Source: Leidyana gryllorum EB-2025a
Taxonomy: Eukaryota; Protista; Apicomplexa
Length of the DNA: 64,000 nucleotides
Reading direction: 5' to 3'
NCBI GenBank assembly: GCA_048772705.1
Contig: JBLWGC010000115.1
Coordinates: 62,001-126,000, forward strand
The position numbers were made by a program, and so were the translations under genes. The notes beneath the pieces were generated by a model. It worked only from the letters and a program-made list of their open reading frames with translations. It was not told the origin of the DNA and searched no databases. This document shows positions 51,942 to 64,000 of the stretch, one piece after another; within the stretch, counting starts at the first letter, position 1, and every line of letters begins with the position of its first letter.

Positions 51942-53597
51942 ATGAGTTCACGGGTGGACTTGCTGCTGCGAGAGAGGCAACGTAACTGGCTGGGAGGCTT
52001 CTTGGGGTCCACCCTACGCTTGGACTTGAGTGACAGAATTGCGATTGTGGGAGCCTTGTGGGACCTCAAAGATAGAACCACGCAATGGACAAATTCTAGT
52101 ATCAAGGGATTCTGCGAGCTTGTGCAGAGTGACGACGACTACAAGCCTCCCTCTGAGATCAGCAGCTTGCTAGACTGGGTGGTGGAGTGGCTTGCTGGTG
52201 ACTGTTGGCAACCCGTTGAAGAATGGGTCACTCCAACGGAAAATGCGAGACCGGTCAGAGGAGTCACATCTGCGAGATTGATAGGAGAAGTGTGCAGGGC
52301 TGCCAAAACCTTGGAAGGTCAGCTCGATCTCTATCCTATTTTCATGGGAGCAGCCTGGCGCGGCATAGTCAAGTCTTTCCTCAAGGAACCCGCCTCGCCA
52401 AGACGGGATGGCCCAGCAGATGCGATCTACCAGACCTGTATGAAAGAGTTTGGAACTACACCCTCCAAAGCCTTTGGCCGCCTAACCTTCCTGCAGAGAG
52501 TGGGACTGGCAGCTCTCATCCCACAAAAGGACGACGCACTTAGTCTGGCACAGTATTGCATCGCTGAGGTTTTGGGAAAATGGTCCTATGATTTCCCTCT
52601 ATGGTTAGAAGCGGTAAGTGACTCATTCACTCTCTGCCCGGGTATCAGAAATCATCACAGATTTGGCAACCTGAGGGAGCCGAGAGAGTCCGTCAACTGG
52701 TCGCATCGGGAACAAACAAATACAATTCGAAGGTACCAGACGGGCTCAATGATCCTTTGCCTCATATGGTGGACTTGGCCACCCAAGAGGCTATAGAGGG
52801 GTCTCGTGAGAGACATAAGCACGGCGCTGCACTATATTTAGACCGGGAAAAGCTGCGTACTCGACTTTCAGAGAGGAGAGCCGAAGTGTTAGAACTGCTC
52901 AAAGCCGACAAAGACACTGCTGTGGAGCCCGGGGATGAGAGAACCTCCGCATTGGCCAAGGAGCTCAACACCAAACTCGAGGATTTGGACGCAGCCCTCA
53001 GTGCTCTGAACGGCTTGCGGATCCCTGACCTCCTGGTTTCAGTGGGATGTAACACACAAGCCTTGACCAAGGCGTGGAAGAGCCTCAACGAAGCCCCTAA
53101 GGACGGAACCATCAAAGACCAACAGCGATGGAAGATCCTGCACGCAGAGATGGTGTGTCTCTGCAAGGTGAGTGCCCACCCTTTTGGTCCGTGACACATG
53201 AGTCGCTCCTGAAACGCAGGCTGTTGCCGACGAAAGAGTTCGAGACTTCTTGCTGGCACCCACTGCAGCCACAGACCTGGCGGAATTTGGAGGGAAGCTT
53301 AAGTTTGACCACGGTGTTCCACCAGGTTTGGATGGCTTGCTGGAGTGTTTGAAGGCTGTGGGAGAGGGAATGTTTGGTAGCCTAGTAATGCTGGTAGTTG
53401 AGCTTCGGGACGACGGGGTTGCGTATGACAACAGTCAAGCCTGTCCATTATGCGTCAAAGGCCTAAAGCGGTGGGGTGTGGGTCAGCAAATATACACTGT
53501 AGCTGGCCCTCAACTTTGGCAGCGAGAGAAAGTAGTCTGGGATCCTGAACTCAGAGCAGAAAGTCTGAGAGGCTCATTGTTCTATTACCTCAAATAG
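51942..53597 (+). CDS. Zn-dependent cytidine/dCMP-deaminase-fold protein with a large N-terminal helical domain; 3 exons, about 522 aa
   Basis: Introns 52614-52648 and 53168-53219 keep frame. Motifs in order: DLATQEAIEGS..HKHGAAL, VSVGCN, HAE (53141), NSQACPLC (53442-53453), GV..IYT. Confidence 0.7.
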
Positions 53598-53606
53598 TAT
53601 TTTTGT

Positions 53607-56600
53607 ATGTCGTCAACCGATCCTGCCTCCCGCCACTGGGAAAGGTTTCTCAAGGCTGCTACACACAGAGAAGAGGCGGCTGCGTCTACTGAACCTGACT
53701 CACAACAGGCGGTGACTCAACCCGAAAACGCGCTGACTACGAGCTATGAAGTTCGGGTTTACTTCAGAGTGGCTATAAATACCGGCTTTGGGCAGAAGGT
53801 CTCTGTTGTTGGAGGATGGCCGAAACTGGGCGACTGGGATCCCGCCAAAGCTCTGCCATTGACCACTACCGACGAAGTATTCCCCGTGTGGTTTAGCCGC
53901 GAACCTGTTTATTTACCGTTGAAACAACCCATATATTACCAGTATGTGGTCGTCAGTGACCAAACAGGAGAGGTCATAGCATGGGACACACATGGGCAAA
54001 GCCGCAAGATCCGACCAACAGGATATGAAATGACTATCGAAGATGATGAAGGTTTGTATCGTGCATTGACACGTGGGGGCGGCGGGGGCCACGCTAACGC
54101 GCACCTGAGGTCACCGCTCTTTCGAATGCGCGATCAGCAGGTGGCAGCGCTAATACAGCCTTCTCCAAGACCACCCTCCGCCCCTTGGTCCTCGTCTGAC
54201 GCTTTCGACAGTCGGATCTCAGAGACACCAAAAGCCGCTCGCCGCTCCAGGACTGGCACAAGTCTCGCTACTTTCCTGGTGAGTCTTAGTGAATGCTACT
54301 GATGGAAATGGTGTGCGTTTGCCGCTCCGTGTTTTTAATGCGCTCCGGTCTGCGAGACAGGCTGATGCGTCAAGCTAATCACGCACAGTGAGTCGATTCT
54401 GGAAGCTCAGACTGACCTAGGAGTCCGATGCTGGCTGCGTTGAATGTGATATATATTTATGGCTGCCCGTTTGGTCGAATGCTGCAATAGCACCTCCATT
54501 GAGCTGCTCACTTCAGTCCTCGCAGAACAATGGTGAGAATCCGCACACCAGCGACAATGTGGAGGGAAGGCCCGAAGTTGCCTCACCTCGTGTTGGTACC
54601 CCAGCATTGCAACCTATCAACTCTAGCGGAGTGGCGGGCCCCCGGCCAATCACTTCCTCCTCTGGGAGCATCCTCAACCCTCGACCGAGTACCGACGCTC
54701 TCAGAAATTTGGACGATGTCAAAATGGTCTCCGTCGACGCTGCCACATCACCCACTGTGGATGCTCTGGAGGCGATAAAGAAGCTGCGAGAGACCGAAGT
54801 GGAAGCTTCTTTCAATCGGGACGACACCATCATTGTCGTCAGTTTCGAGCTTCCAGTACGGGTAGAGCGGATAAGATCATCGGTCGAAGAGTGTGAAGAT
54901 GATGGAGCTTCGACCCGCCGCAGCTCGCACCGAAGTAGTCTCCGTGTGGTACCCTCAAACGTAAGTGTTAATCTTGTGGTGGTTGGGAGCATTTCGCCTT
55001 GTCATCTACAGTCACTCTTGCTTCCCGGTTTGCATCGGATTCGGGACGCGTTCAAGTGCCAAGTCAAGTTTGTGGGCTACTCCGGGATCACGACTCGCGA
55101 CGACTATGAACAGGAGGAGATTCGAGCTTTACTCGAGGAACACGACTGTTATCCTGTATTCCCATCGGCGGATGACTTGGATTCTTACCTCTCTTTCTGT
55201 AACCATCATCTCAGTCCCCTTTTCCACAGTGTCATTGATCTCGACAATCGGTAGGGCGGTAATTATTCTCCTGATTTACTCTCGGCTGGCAGACAAGAAC
55301 CCTTCAGTCCAGAAGCGTGGACGACCTATCAATCGATCAACAAACTGTGGGTTTCTGAGGCTGTCGTTCATTACAACACAGATGCGGATGTCTTCTGGGT
55401 CCACGATTACCATTTAATGTTGGTGCCTCAAGTAAGCTCACTACTCCCCGGTCGGCAGAAATGATGTCCCCCAGTATATAGCCAGAAAATACAAGAGAGC
55501 TAATATCGGCTTCTTCTTACATGTGCCGTTCCCAAGCTCAGAACTCTTCCGTTGCTTACCGGTCCGTGGAGAGGTGAGTGACTGTGTTCGAGTTGACCGA
55601 CATCTGTCTGCTCCCTGCCAGATTTTGCGAGGGTTACTCTGTGCGGACCTGGTGGGTTTCCATTTCTTCGAGTACGCTCGACACTTTTTTGTCGCGAACA
55701 AGCGCCTTCTGGGTCTGGATCATAAATTCCGCCTCGGCGGTTTCCTGGGAATCGAGTATGGCGGTCGGAACGTAATGATAAAGATCAGCCATGTTAACGT
55801 GGAGTATAACGAGCTGCAACAGAGACTGGAGAGTCGTAACGACATCCAAGAAGTGGCTCGCAAACTGAGGCAGACATATGATGGCAGATATATAGTCGGC
55901 GCAATAGACCGCTGTGACCAATTGGCTGGACTTATGCTCAAGCTCCAAGGATTTCATAACTTCCTGAACAATTTCCCATATGCAAGAGGGAAGATTGTTT
56001 TGATTCAATATGCATATCCAACCCGTCAGCCGTTGAGGGATGCCATGCGGATAAGCAATGACCTCACCATGTTGGCGAACAAGATTAATTCGGAGTTTGG
56101 ACCGGAACCGCATGTTATTTTACGACTGCAAACAGTCTCTCCGGAGGAGAAGTATGGAATTCTTCTAGCGGCAGATTGTCTCATGGACACATCGATTCGG
56201 GATGGTTTGAATTTGGTGAGATTCACAGTGGCATTCGAGAATCTCTGAAACGTTCTCCTCTCCCCCTCCCCCAATCAGTTGGCTTTCGAGTACATTGGCT
56301 GTCGCAAGAATCGTCCCTCTCATCTGATACTGTCAGAGTTTACCGGATGTTCACGGACCATTGTGAGCGCCACTCGTATAAATCCTTGGCAGTTGGAGGA
56401 TATTGCAAACGCTTTGGATCGTGCTATGAGTACCCCGGCCGAGGCCCTCAAGGAGCGTTGGGCTCGCGATCATCTGTATCTGTCGCAGCACAGCCTTCGG
56501 CAGTGGGCCGGCGACTTCCTGGCTGACTTACAGCGATCAAAGAAGAACGCATCGGCTGTCTATATGCAGTGTGGGTTTGCCTCGACCTTCCGAGTTTTGA

Positions 56601-57965
56601 CAATGGGCGAAAACTTCCAACCATTGGATTATAGCCGTGTCGTTCGAGCCTACAGGAACGCCACTAGACGTATGCTTTTCTTCGATCATGAAGGAACGCT
56701 CGCTCCGGACCGTCGACACTTGACTGTGATTCCTGGCCAGGAAGCTCTTTCGGCAGTGGGTACCCCTCCATCGCAGGCCGTCAAGAGCGCTTTGGAAACC
56801 CTCGCCCGCGACAGCAACAACACCGTTGTTATCTTTAGTGGACGAGATCGGAAATGTCTGGAAGGCTGGTTTGGAGGTAAGTGAGCGACACCGAGACGTT
56901 ATTAAACTCCTTGCGCTCTCTGCCCAGATGTGCCTGATATTGGACTGTGCGCCGAGCATGGCTTTTATGCCAAGATACCAGCGGTCACAGGCAATCAGTG
57001 GCATTGCATGTCCGAGAACGTGGATCTGAAATGGAAGAACATCGCTTTGGAACTCATGCTTCAATACACTAGACGAACTCAGGGAGCTTTCATTGAGAAC
57101 AAGGTGAGCAGTTATTGTCCAGTTCGGCCGGTTGCTCCACCGACGGCTACTCTAATTAATTGTGTGCCATTCAAACAGGGATCGGCGTTAGTTTTTCAAT
57201 ATCGTGATGCGGACCCGGATTTCGGGAGCTGGCAAGCTAAAGAACTGGCTTCATATCTCGAGTGAGTCTGACCCGCTGCTCCGTTTCATTCACCCCTTTG
57301 CCATCAGAGAGTTCCTCTTTGGTCAGCCAGTGACAGTAACGACGGGCAAAGGATATGTAGAAGCCAAACTGCGAGGAGTCAACAAAGGCGCGGCGGTTGA
57401 GCATGTCCTAGAGAGTTTGACAACTGTATTCGGAGAACCCCAGTTCATCTTATGTGTGGGGGATGACCGCTCTGATGAAGATATGTTTGTTGCCATCGGA
57501 GAGTTAATCAGACGAAACCAGGAGCAGACTAAAGCAGACAAGCCGCGTGCCTCAAGCAGAATGGCCACTGATCTGGTGAATGAAGGTCAGGTCTTCACCG
57601 TCACGGTTGGCAAGAAGCCCTCTGCCGCACGATACTTCGTGAATGATCCCGAAGAAGTGTCAGATCTCCTCAATTCACTCAGAAGTCAGACTCATCAGGT
57701 AAAAGAGATAGAATCTGCTGCTACACTCAACTCTCAGATGGAGGGCATTGTGGATGCCGCTGCAATCGTGGGTGGTCTGCTGCGAGTCTCGGGTAGTCGA
57801 GACGACTTTGACACTACGGGCTCAGCCGAAGGCGTAGGGGTGGAGCATCTTTGGCCAGGCGCAGAATCACTATTGGGGTTAGAGCCCACTCTGGGAGCCG
57901 TGGCCGCTCATCATCACAATCAAGTAGAGCAAGAGGAGTTGCTAGAACATCTCTGCGTCGACTAA
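53607..57965 (+). CDS. CBM20 - trehalose-6-phosphate synthase (GT20) - phosphatase (HAD) fusion protein; multi-exon
   Basis: CBM20 TGFGQKVSVVGGWPKLGDWDPAKALPL..FPVW; GT20 WVHDYHLMLVP, FFLHVPFPSSELFR, RDGLNL, LSEFTGC; HAD FFDHEGTL, SGR, AEHG, GDDRSDEDMF. Confidence 0.92.
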
Positions 57966-60900
57966 GCCAAATGAAAGCCTGTGGCTTCATAGATTGCATT
58001 GCCCAATTTTTCTCTCAAAAGATCTTCATTTTTATAGTCGGGAAGCTTCAGCAGATTGGTGCAGGTGGATGCCGTTGGCAAGTCGTTATGATCACCCCGA
58101 GGAATAATGGAGAATTTTGGATTGAGTGTACCGAAACCCTGCACGGGGAGGAGCAGAACACACAGAGAATAAGGAACCAGCTGCACCAGGCCTCGCTCTC
58201 ACCTGCAGTGGTGGTCTGTCGTTAGCCATAACGAACTCCAGAAAACGAGACTGGAAATCGGGAGTCGCCTCTTCCATGACTTTCCAGAACATTGAGATGG
58301 TCTCCGAGCCATCTGAGTATCCGCCAGCGTAAACTGTATTCCCTCGCAGATCCTCCACGCTGAAACCCTCTTTGTCAGCGCCACTGATGAGTTCGCAGAC
58401 GCCCTGGGCGTCGAAGAGGCGCAGCCAGTTGATGTCGATCACTCTGGTCAACCCTCTCCGGAAGTGCTGGACGGCTTGGTCAAAGACAGTATTCGTCAGG
58501 TAGTGCGACAGGAGCAGAACGTATTGGTGACGATTCTCACTGGAACAGTGGCATGAAGGAGTGGTCAAAACTGCTGGTGAACCTTACGTCGTCACAGGTC
58601 GCGCCGAACCATTCGGAACTAAATCCACATTGCCAGTCAACCCTCCCATTTCGCCCGACAGAGTGACAGAAAAGGTCAAACCCAACTCGGAGACATCACC
58701 CTTCACATTTGTGTCGAATGGAGGAACGAGAAGGGGGTCACTTACCTCATAGTGCTTCACGAACTGGATATTTCGGTACAACTCTGGGTCGACCACTCTC
58801 AGGTCATCGCTGGTGTTCACTTCCCCGATCACTCTATTCAAGAATAGGGAGCTGAAACGGGCTGCGCCGAGTAAAACGGACTCATATATGCCCTTCCCAA
58901 CAACCACTCCCGCCAGCTCGAACATTGTGGCAGCGTCGAACTGACACATATGTTCCTGACGGTCGCCCACTTGACCCTGATCTCGCATGCTCCAAGCCGT
59001 GGGAGACGGCACCAATGAATCGCAGTTGGCCAAGAGGAACAAACCAGCGTTGGGGTCAAATACTTCGCGGGCCAAATGCACCTACACCCAGTTCTATCAA
59101 CTCGAGGAGGCAGATCGATCTCACCAGATATTCATTGAATAGACCTCCACCATCGATTCCAGCTTCAACGGCGCCGCCCTCCTCGACAAATCTACGCAGC
59201 ACACAATGAATCAATCGAATGTCGGATGACTGACTTACTGTACGCGGAACGGTTGCTTCAAATTTGGCCGTTTCAGCAGCAGCAAACTGTCCTCCAATAT
59301 CCGGTCTCGTCTGATGACAACCAGTGGGGCTTGAGATATGTTGAATGAATGTTGCGGGCGTCCGTGATTGGAGCGATCCTCGGCAATGAGATTGTGGAAC
59401 AAAGACACCCGGCCGCGAAAGTCAATGGTTTGGGGTACTTCGCTCACCACCGTGACGATGAGAGGGAGCAAGGCACCACGATGCACTGCAGGCATACGAG
59501 TGATGCTCGATGAGCTGTCTTGATCTATATTGAGTCTACCGACTGTGGTTCTCAGTGTAGCTTCTGGACACTCCCACATCTCGAGCCCAAACTTCATCCT
59601 CCTGCAGCGTCTGTACAGACTGCGGGTGAAATGCGCCAGATCATATATTATGTATCCGGGATTCCAGGCTCTTCCGAAAACACTCTCGTGTTTCATATGG
59701 AGCACTCGAAGACACATTCCGGACTGAGCAGTCCATCGGCTCAGCACGATGATGAGACTCAGGGCCAATCTATTGAAGAAATTGCAAAAGAGTTTGTACT
59801 GCTCTTTGCTCATTGGGAATAACTGTTTGGGGTTCCCTCTCCAGACGGTCAGCGGATCACATCGCGACAGACATGCGGATGCCGAAGGGTCCGCATCCTC
59901 TGTCACCATTGAGAGGTCATCCAGTAGAATAGATCTACGCGTTAGAATGGCCACCAGTGCTCTGCATTCCAAGATTTCTTTGGCGGTCTCCGGATCGAAA
60001 CTTACTTTATCAGCAGTCCGACTTCATCAGTGAAACCCGGAGGCGGTCCGCACCGACTGACGAAAGTGTCAAGTCGACCCTCACATTCATTGAAGAAAAT
60101 CTCCCCCACTCGTTGATAAACATGAAGAAGAATGTCGGTTGAAATAACAATTTTGTCGAAAGACGGCAGATCAATGGGAGCGGTGTACCCATAGATCGAC
60201 TTTCCTTCTGCCACCGTCTGAGCTCCGTCGGTCAGATACTCGTCCGCATCTTCTTCGTCCTCATCCTCTTCCTCCATCTCATCCATAGACCCGTCCAAAA
60301 GTATCTGCCACAACACTCGTTCATTATACACCGAGTATTCGGGTATGTGTAACCGCGCTAGCGAACGAAAGTGTTTGTTGATACGAGTCAGGGAGAAGAG
60401 AACGGAGAGACGACTCATAATATTGACGTTCACATTGCCCCCAAACGAGAAAAGGTACTGAAGAACGTCACTTCGGATGGCGTCTTCCAGCTCTCGGTGA
60501 GCTCCTACATTCAGGCCACTCATTCCGTAGCTCAGCAGCTCCAATAGCAGCAGTCGCCTGCTCTCGTCATCTTCGTTCGTCGACGACGCGAATCTGGCAG
60601 CCTGCATTGTCCTTCGGGCCTCCGCTCTCGCTGCACCCAATGCGAGCAGAGCAATGTTCATACGAGTCGATAGTGGGACTTGTTGCGGAGGGTTTAAGCG
60701 TTTAAGAGCCTCCGCCATCTCAAGATCTATCAAACCGGACAGCCGCAGTGTTACGGCTCGCGCCCGCTCATCCGAAACCGGCGGCTGCCCCCAATCGGCC
60801 ATGACCTGACAGATGAGCTTTGCTCTGTCGTCATCTCGCATCTCATTTATATCCGTCCACAACGAATGGCTTAGCGGTAGACGGAGCAGACAGTTGGAGA

Positions 60901-61755
60901 CGGCAGGTCGGAGGACTGGCGACTTGATAGCTCGCCGGACACTGAGAGAGACAAAGGATGGACGCTTCTCAAACAGCTTCTCGATATGAGTCCGCACCGC
61001 CTGCAGACTCTCGGTGTCGAGGTGGTCACATGTGCAGTGCTCAATAGGGACTCCAGCGCGACTCGCCGTAAGCTTAGCCGCAATGGTGCAATCAGCCAAC
61101 AAGAGGAAATCCTCAATCACGTCAGGATTAGGCAGCGACCATACGCTCGGACCAAATGAGAGTACAATTTCTGCGACGACGCAAGCCCACATTGGCGGCA
61201 GCGCATTGTCTTTGCGACACGTTCGCCAGCCTGTGACCTCTTTGGATTGGATTGTGTACTTCATAAATCTCTCCGAGAACACTCCACCCTTTCGCCCGAG
61301 CAGCAGGACCATTAATTCTTTGGAAGAGGGGCGGAGAACAACGTTCTTTTGTTGCATCTGCTCGGCGCGATCTTGAGTCGATAGGTGGTGTCTCCGCCAA
61401 GTGGCACATAGCGGGAGGCGGGCTAAGGCCAGCAACGACAATATCTTCCTTGAGGAGTCCTTATCGCTGATTGCCGTCCTGACCAGTTCATCGCTCAACT
61501 TTGATGTGCGAGGAAGAGAGTTTAGAGGAGAGGAGAAGGGTGTTCGATACTTACGCTCAGTTGCACGACGTGACGTCTCCATAGGGCTTGTATTCTGAGG
61601 ATGGCTATACTGCGTCGAATGGCCTCCTGCCTGCTGAGAGCTGAATCATTGTATTCACGTTGAAAGTCTGCCAGTGTCTTCAGGGCTCCTGCATTTCCCA
61701 TACGGACGGGTTTCCTCTTCTGAGCAGTCTCATCCCCATCAAAGACGTATTCCAT
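57962..61755 (-). CDS. HECT E3 ubiquitin ligase, UBE3C/HUL5-like, with IQ motif; multi-exon
   Basis: N-terminus FDGD..RKPVRMG..LRIQALWR; HECT EAGIDGGGL, DPELYRN, FWKV, LPTASTCTNLLKLPDY..LREKL..AI..GFHL. Confidence 0.9.
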
Positions 61756-61815
61756 CTTGATGCTTTTTTGGGACGGATCCTACATTGCTAAGGTCAGGCA
61801 GGCAGGCAGGCTATG

Positions 61816-62217
61816 TCAATCTTTGGACGATGTTTCCTTCCCAGGGTCTACGCTTTCCGTCAGAGCAGCCGCCCACTCCTTCTCTTTGAATCCGACCAGG
61901 ATTTTCCCGTCCGGAGCAATGAGCAACGGTCTTTTCACCATTTTTCCGTCCATGGCCAGCAGCCCGACCACTTCGTCGGGGGCCATTGAGGGCAGCTTGT
62001 CCTTCACCTTCTTCTGTCTATAGAGGACCCCATTCACATTGAAGAATGCCTTGAGTGGCAGTTTGCTCTTGGTGTGCCACTTTCGGAGCTCGAGCGCGTT
62101 CGGCTTATTCTGCACAATGTCCCTCGCCTCGTACGCAATACCGTGTTTGTCCAGCCAGGCTTTGGCCAGCCGGCAGGTACTGCAACGTGGGTAGTGGAGA
62201 AAAGTATACATTGGCAT
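61816..62217 (-). CDS. ArsC/Spx-family (YusI/YffB-like) thioredoxin-fold protein; intronless, bacterial-like
   Basis: YPRCSTCRLAKAWL..HGI...FFN..G..YR...KDKLP..DGKMVKRPLL..VGFKEKEW. Confidence 0.9.
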   Translation of the reverse strand: MPMYTFLHYPRCSTCRLAKAWLDKHGIAYEARDIVQNKPNALELRKWHTKSKLPLKAFFNVNGVLYRQKKVKDKLPSMAPDEVVGLLAMDGKMVKRPLLIAPDGKILVGFKEKEWAAALTESVDPGKETSSKD

Positions 62218-62863
62218 GGTGTAAGGAAAGTGTCGCTCAAAAAGTAAGTAGGTTTGCTGGACAAAAGCAAAGGACGACTGGAGGAGTGTGGAGGAGTCTT
62301 GGGGATGAGAGCGAGGGCTACCACGCCCCCAGATATGGGCTGGCTGTCATGGGGACTCGCTAAGACCCCCTCTCGCTGTCTGTCCTGATGGATTGGGAAA
62401 GGTGATACTGAGCTCGTCTTCGCCCGATGCCTCCCCCCTGTCGCCCCCGCTGGAAATCATTTATTGATCGACCAAGAGCCACCGCTCGCCCTTCTCTGGT
62501 AGAATAGCCGTTTCCAAAGTCACCTATAATTTCATAGTCCACCATCTGTATACAAAGCATATTCGTTCTACCAGCACCACCAGTTGTGCCACAGACGTGT
62601 CCAATCTATTTAGTATGGCGGCAGCTTTTCTCTGATTCGGGCAACTCGGTTACAAATACTCGTCGTCGTCGTCGTTAAGGATACACCTGGAACGCCACTT
62701 GGGCGGTGAGTAGTGGTCAGCCAGGCACACGTCCTGTGCATGGTCGCCTAGCCGATCACTCCAATATAGACAGATCCCTTGTAGGAAACCTCAGATATAC
62801 ATAAAATAAGCGCGCCAGCGGCCGACCTTTCCATAAAGTCATAAGGGCGTGGTCTCGTGACGA

Positions 62864-64000
62864 TCACTGCGCCTTGCGAGCTGCACAAGGCTTGCACTCA
62901 TCAGCGGCTGGAGGTTCCGGGGTAGTCTCATCCTGCTTTTGAGTATGCAAGACTCGCGCCGTCCGAGCCACCTTGCCCTTGATCTTATAATTCTTTTGGC
63001 CGTCAACGCTATACGCGATGAAGTCCCCCAACACGGCTCCTTCATGGTCGTCAATTTTGCCGGTAAGGGTGTACGTAGTCTTCTCGCCCGGGTTCAAGCG
63101 GCGCAACTGGAAACGCAAGTCATCCCACCTGCTTCCATCTGCGGGCTTGAGGTTCTGGGGGCGGAGTAGTTTAATGGCCGTCACTGGGTCGGGAACTCCT
63201 CCCCACAGAGTATTCGGTCGTGACATTGAAGCGACAGGAATAACTGCTTCACGCAAAACTCTTGCCATATCGTACGAATCCAGATAGGGGTTCACATTGA
63301 GTAGGAGAGCGCCTACTCCTGCCATGTAGGGGGTGGCCATAGAAGTGCCGGACTTGTCCACATACAGTGAGCGTTCGACTTTAGGGGCGCCGGTCGACCA
63401 GATAGAAGTTCCAGGAGCCCCCATTTCGACACACGTCTCTCCGTAGTTCGAATCGTATTGCATGTTTAGGTTGGATCTCATGTTGGCGACACTCAGGATG
63501 TTCGGGTAGTCCCAGCACGCATCGTAAACCCACAGTTTCCTATTAACGGGTCCCAAACTTGAGCCGTTGTTCATGGCCGCAAAGAAGAGAGGAACTCGGT
63601 TGCGCAGAAGGCCCTCGAAAGCAGCTTTCTTTCCAATCCAGATCTCGCGACCAGGCGACTCATCGATCACCCCATACCTTTCATCACACAAATTTGCTCA
63701 TTTGGTCATCTCATACACTTACGAATTGGCCGTAATATGGGCGCCGATCGACAAAGCCCAGTCCGAACACTCGGCAGTAGCGGCCTGAGTGTTCTCCAGA
63801 TTGGGTCCGTAACGTCTGCAGATTGCCAATCGCACATTTGGACCTGCTACACCAGCCACACCAATGCCGTTGTTGGGCACGGCGCCGATGATGCCCGCGC
63901 AGTGCGTTCCGTGGCCGTCGAAATCATCAGGAATCAGTCCCGTTCTGGCCTGTGTGGTCCAGCCATAAATATCGTCAATGTACCCATTTCCATCGTCATC
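62864..64000 (-). CDS. Subtilisin-like (S8) serine protease; its 5' part lies beyond the window
   Basis: [37 protein letters not shown]|[23 protein letters not shown]. One intron near 63678-63723. Confidence 0.93.

Noticed and set aside
62360-62560. 66-aa ORF in the gap between ArsC and the subtilisin
   Set aside because: No recognisable motifs or supporting splice structure.

Overview
This is eukaryotic nuclear DNA, not prokaryotic. It is a very gene-dense protist chromosome segment of roughly 50-55% GC with many short (about 35-55 nt) GT-AG introns, which split most genes across several ORFs in the track. Gene content suggests a gregarine-type apicomplexan or alveolate (inference): integrin-beta-like vWA proteins, a CBM20-TPS-TPP fusion, a subtilisin and a TGCATGCA motif. 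About 28 protein genes can be rebuilt by hand: midasin, two secreted vWA paralogues, RRP4, a CAMK-like kinase, a TAF4-like protein, an orphan secreted protein, ARP6, RRP40, proteasome alpha-6, DDX3/Ded1, CGI-121, a MYG1-like protein, a PhnP-like metallo-beta-lactamase, CTR9-like, DUF3712/Tag1-like, MetAP1, SmF, RMND1/DUF155, MOK kinase, GCN5, C19orf53-like, CNNM/DUF21-CBS, a large CDA-fold deaminase, CBM20-TPS/TPP, UBE3C-like HECT ligase, a bacterial-type ArsC/Spx protein, a subtilisin (partial) and a partial ORF at the left edge. Most notable observations: (1) same-strand genes only 4-19 nt apart and convergent genes that overlap, with a short A/T run just upstream of most start codons; (2) a 238-nt structured intron in the proteasome gene carrying a 14-nt perfect complement to the conserved 3' end of 18S rRNA; (3) a MYG1 homologue with its N-terminal DHH-family catalytic motifs all replaced; (4) an unannotated deaminase with an unusual architecture; (5) an intronless Firmicutes-like ArsC/Spx gene, a likely horizontal transfer; (6) a hairpin-dense 1.75-kb non-coding island. 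All calls come from manual reading and recalled motifs. No database searches were run, so exon boundaries are manual predictions.
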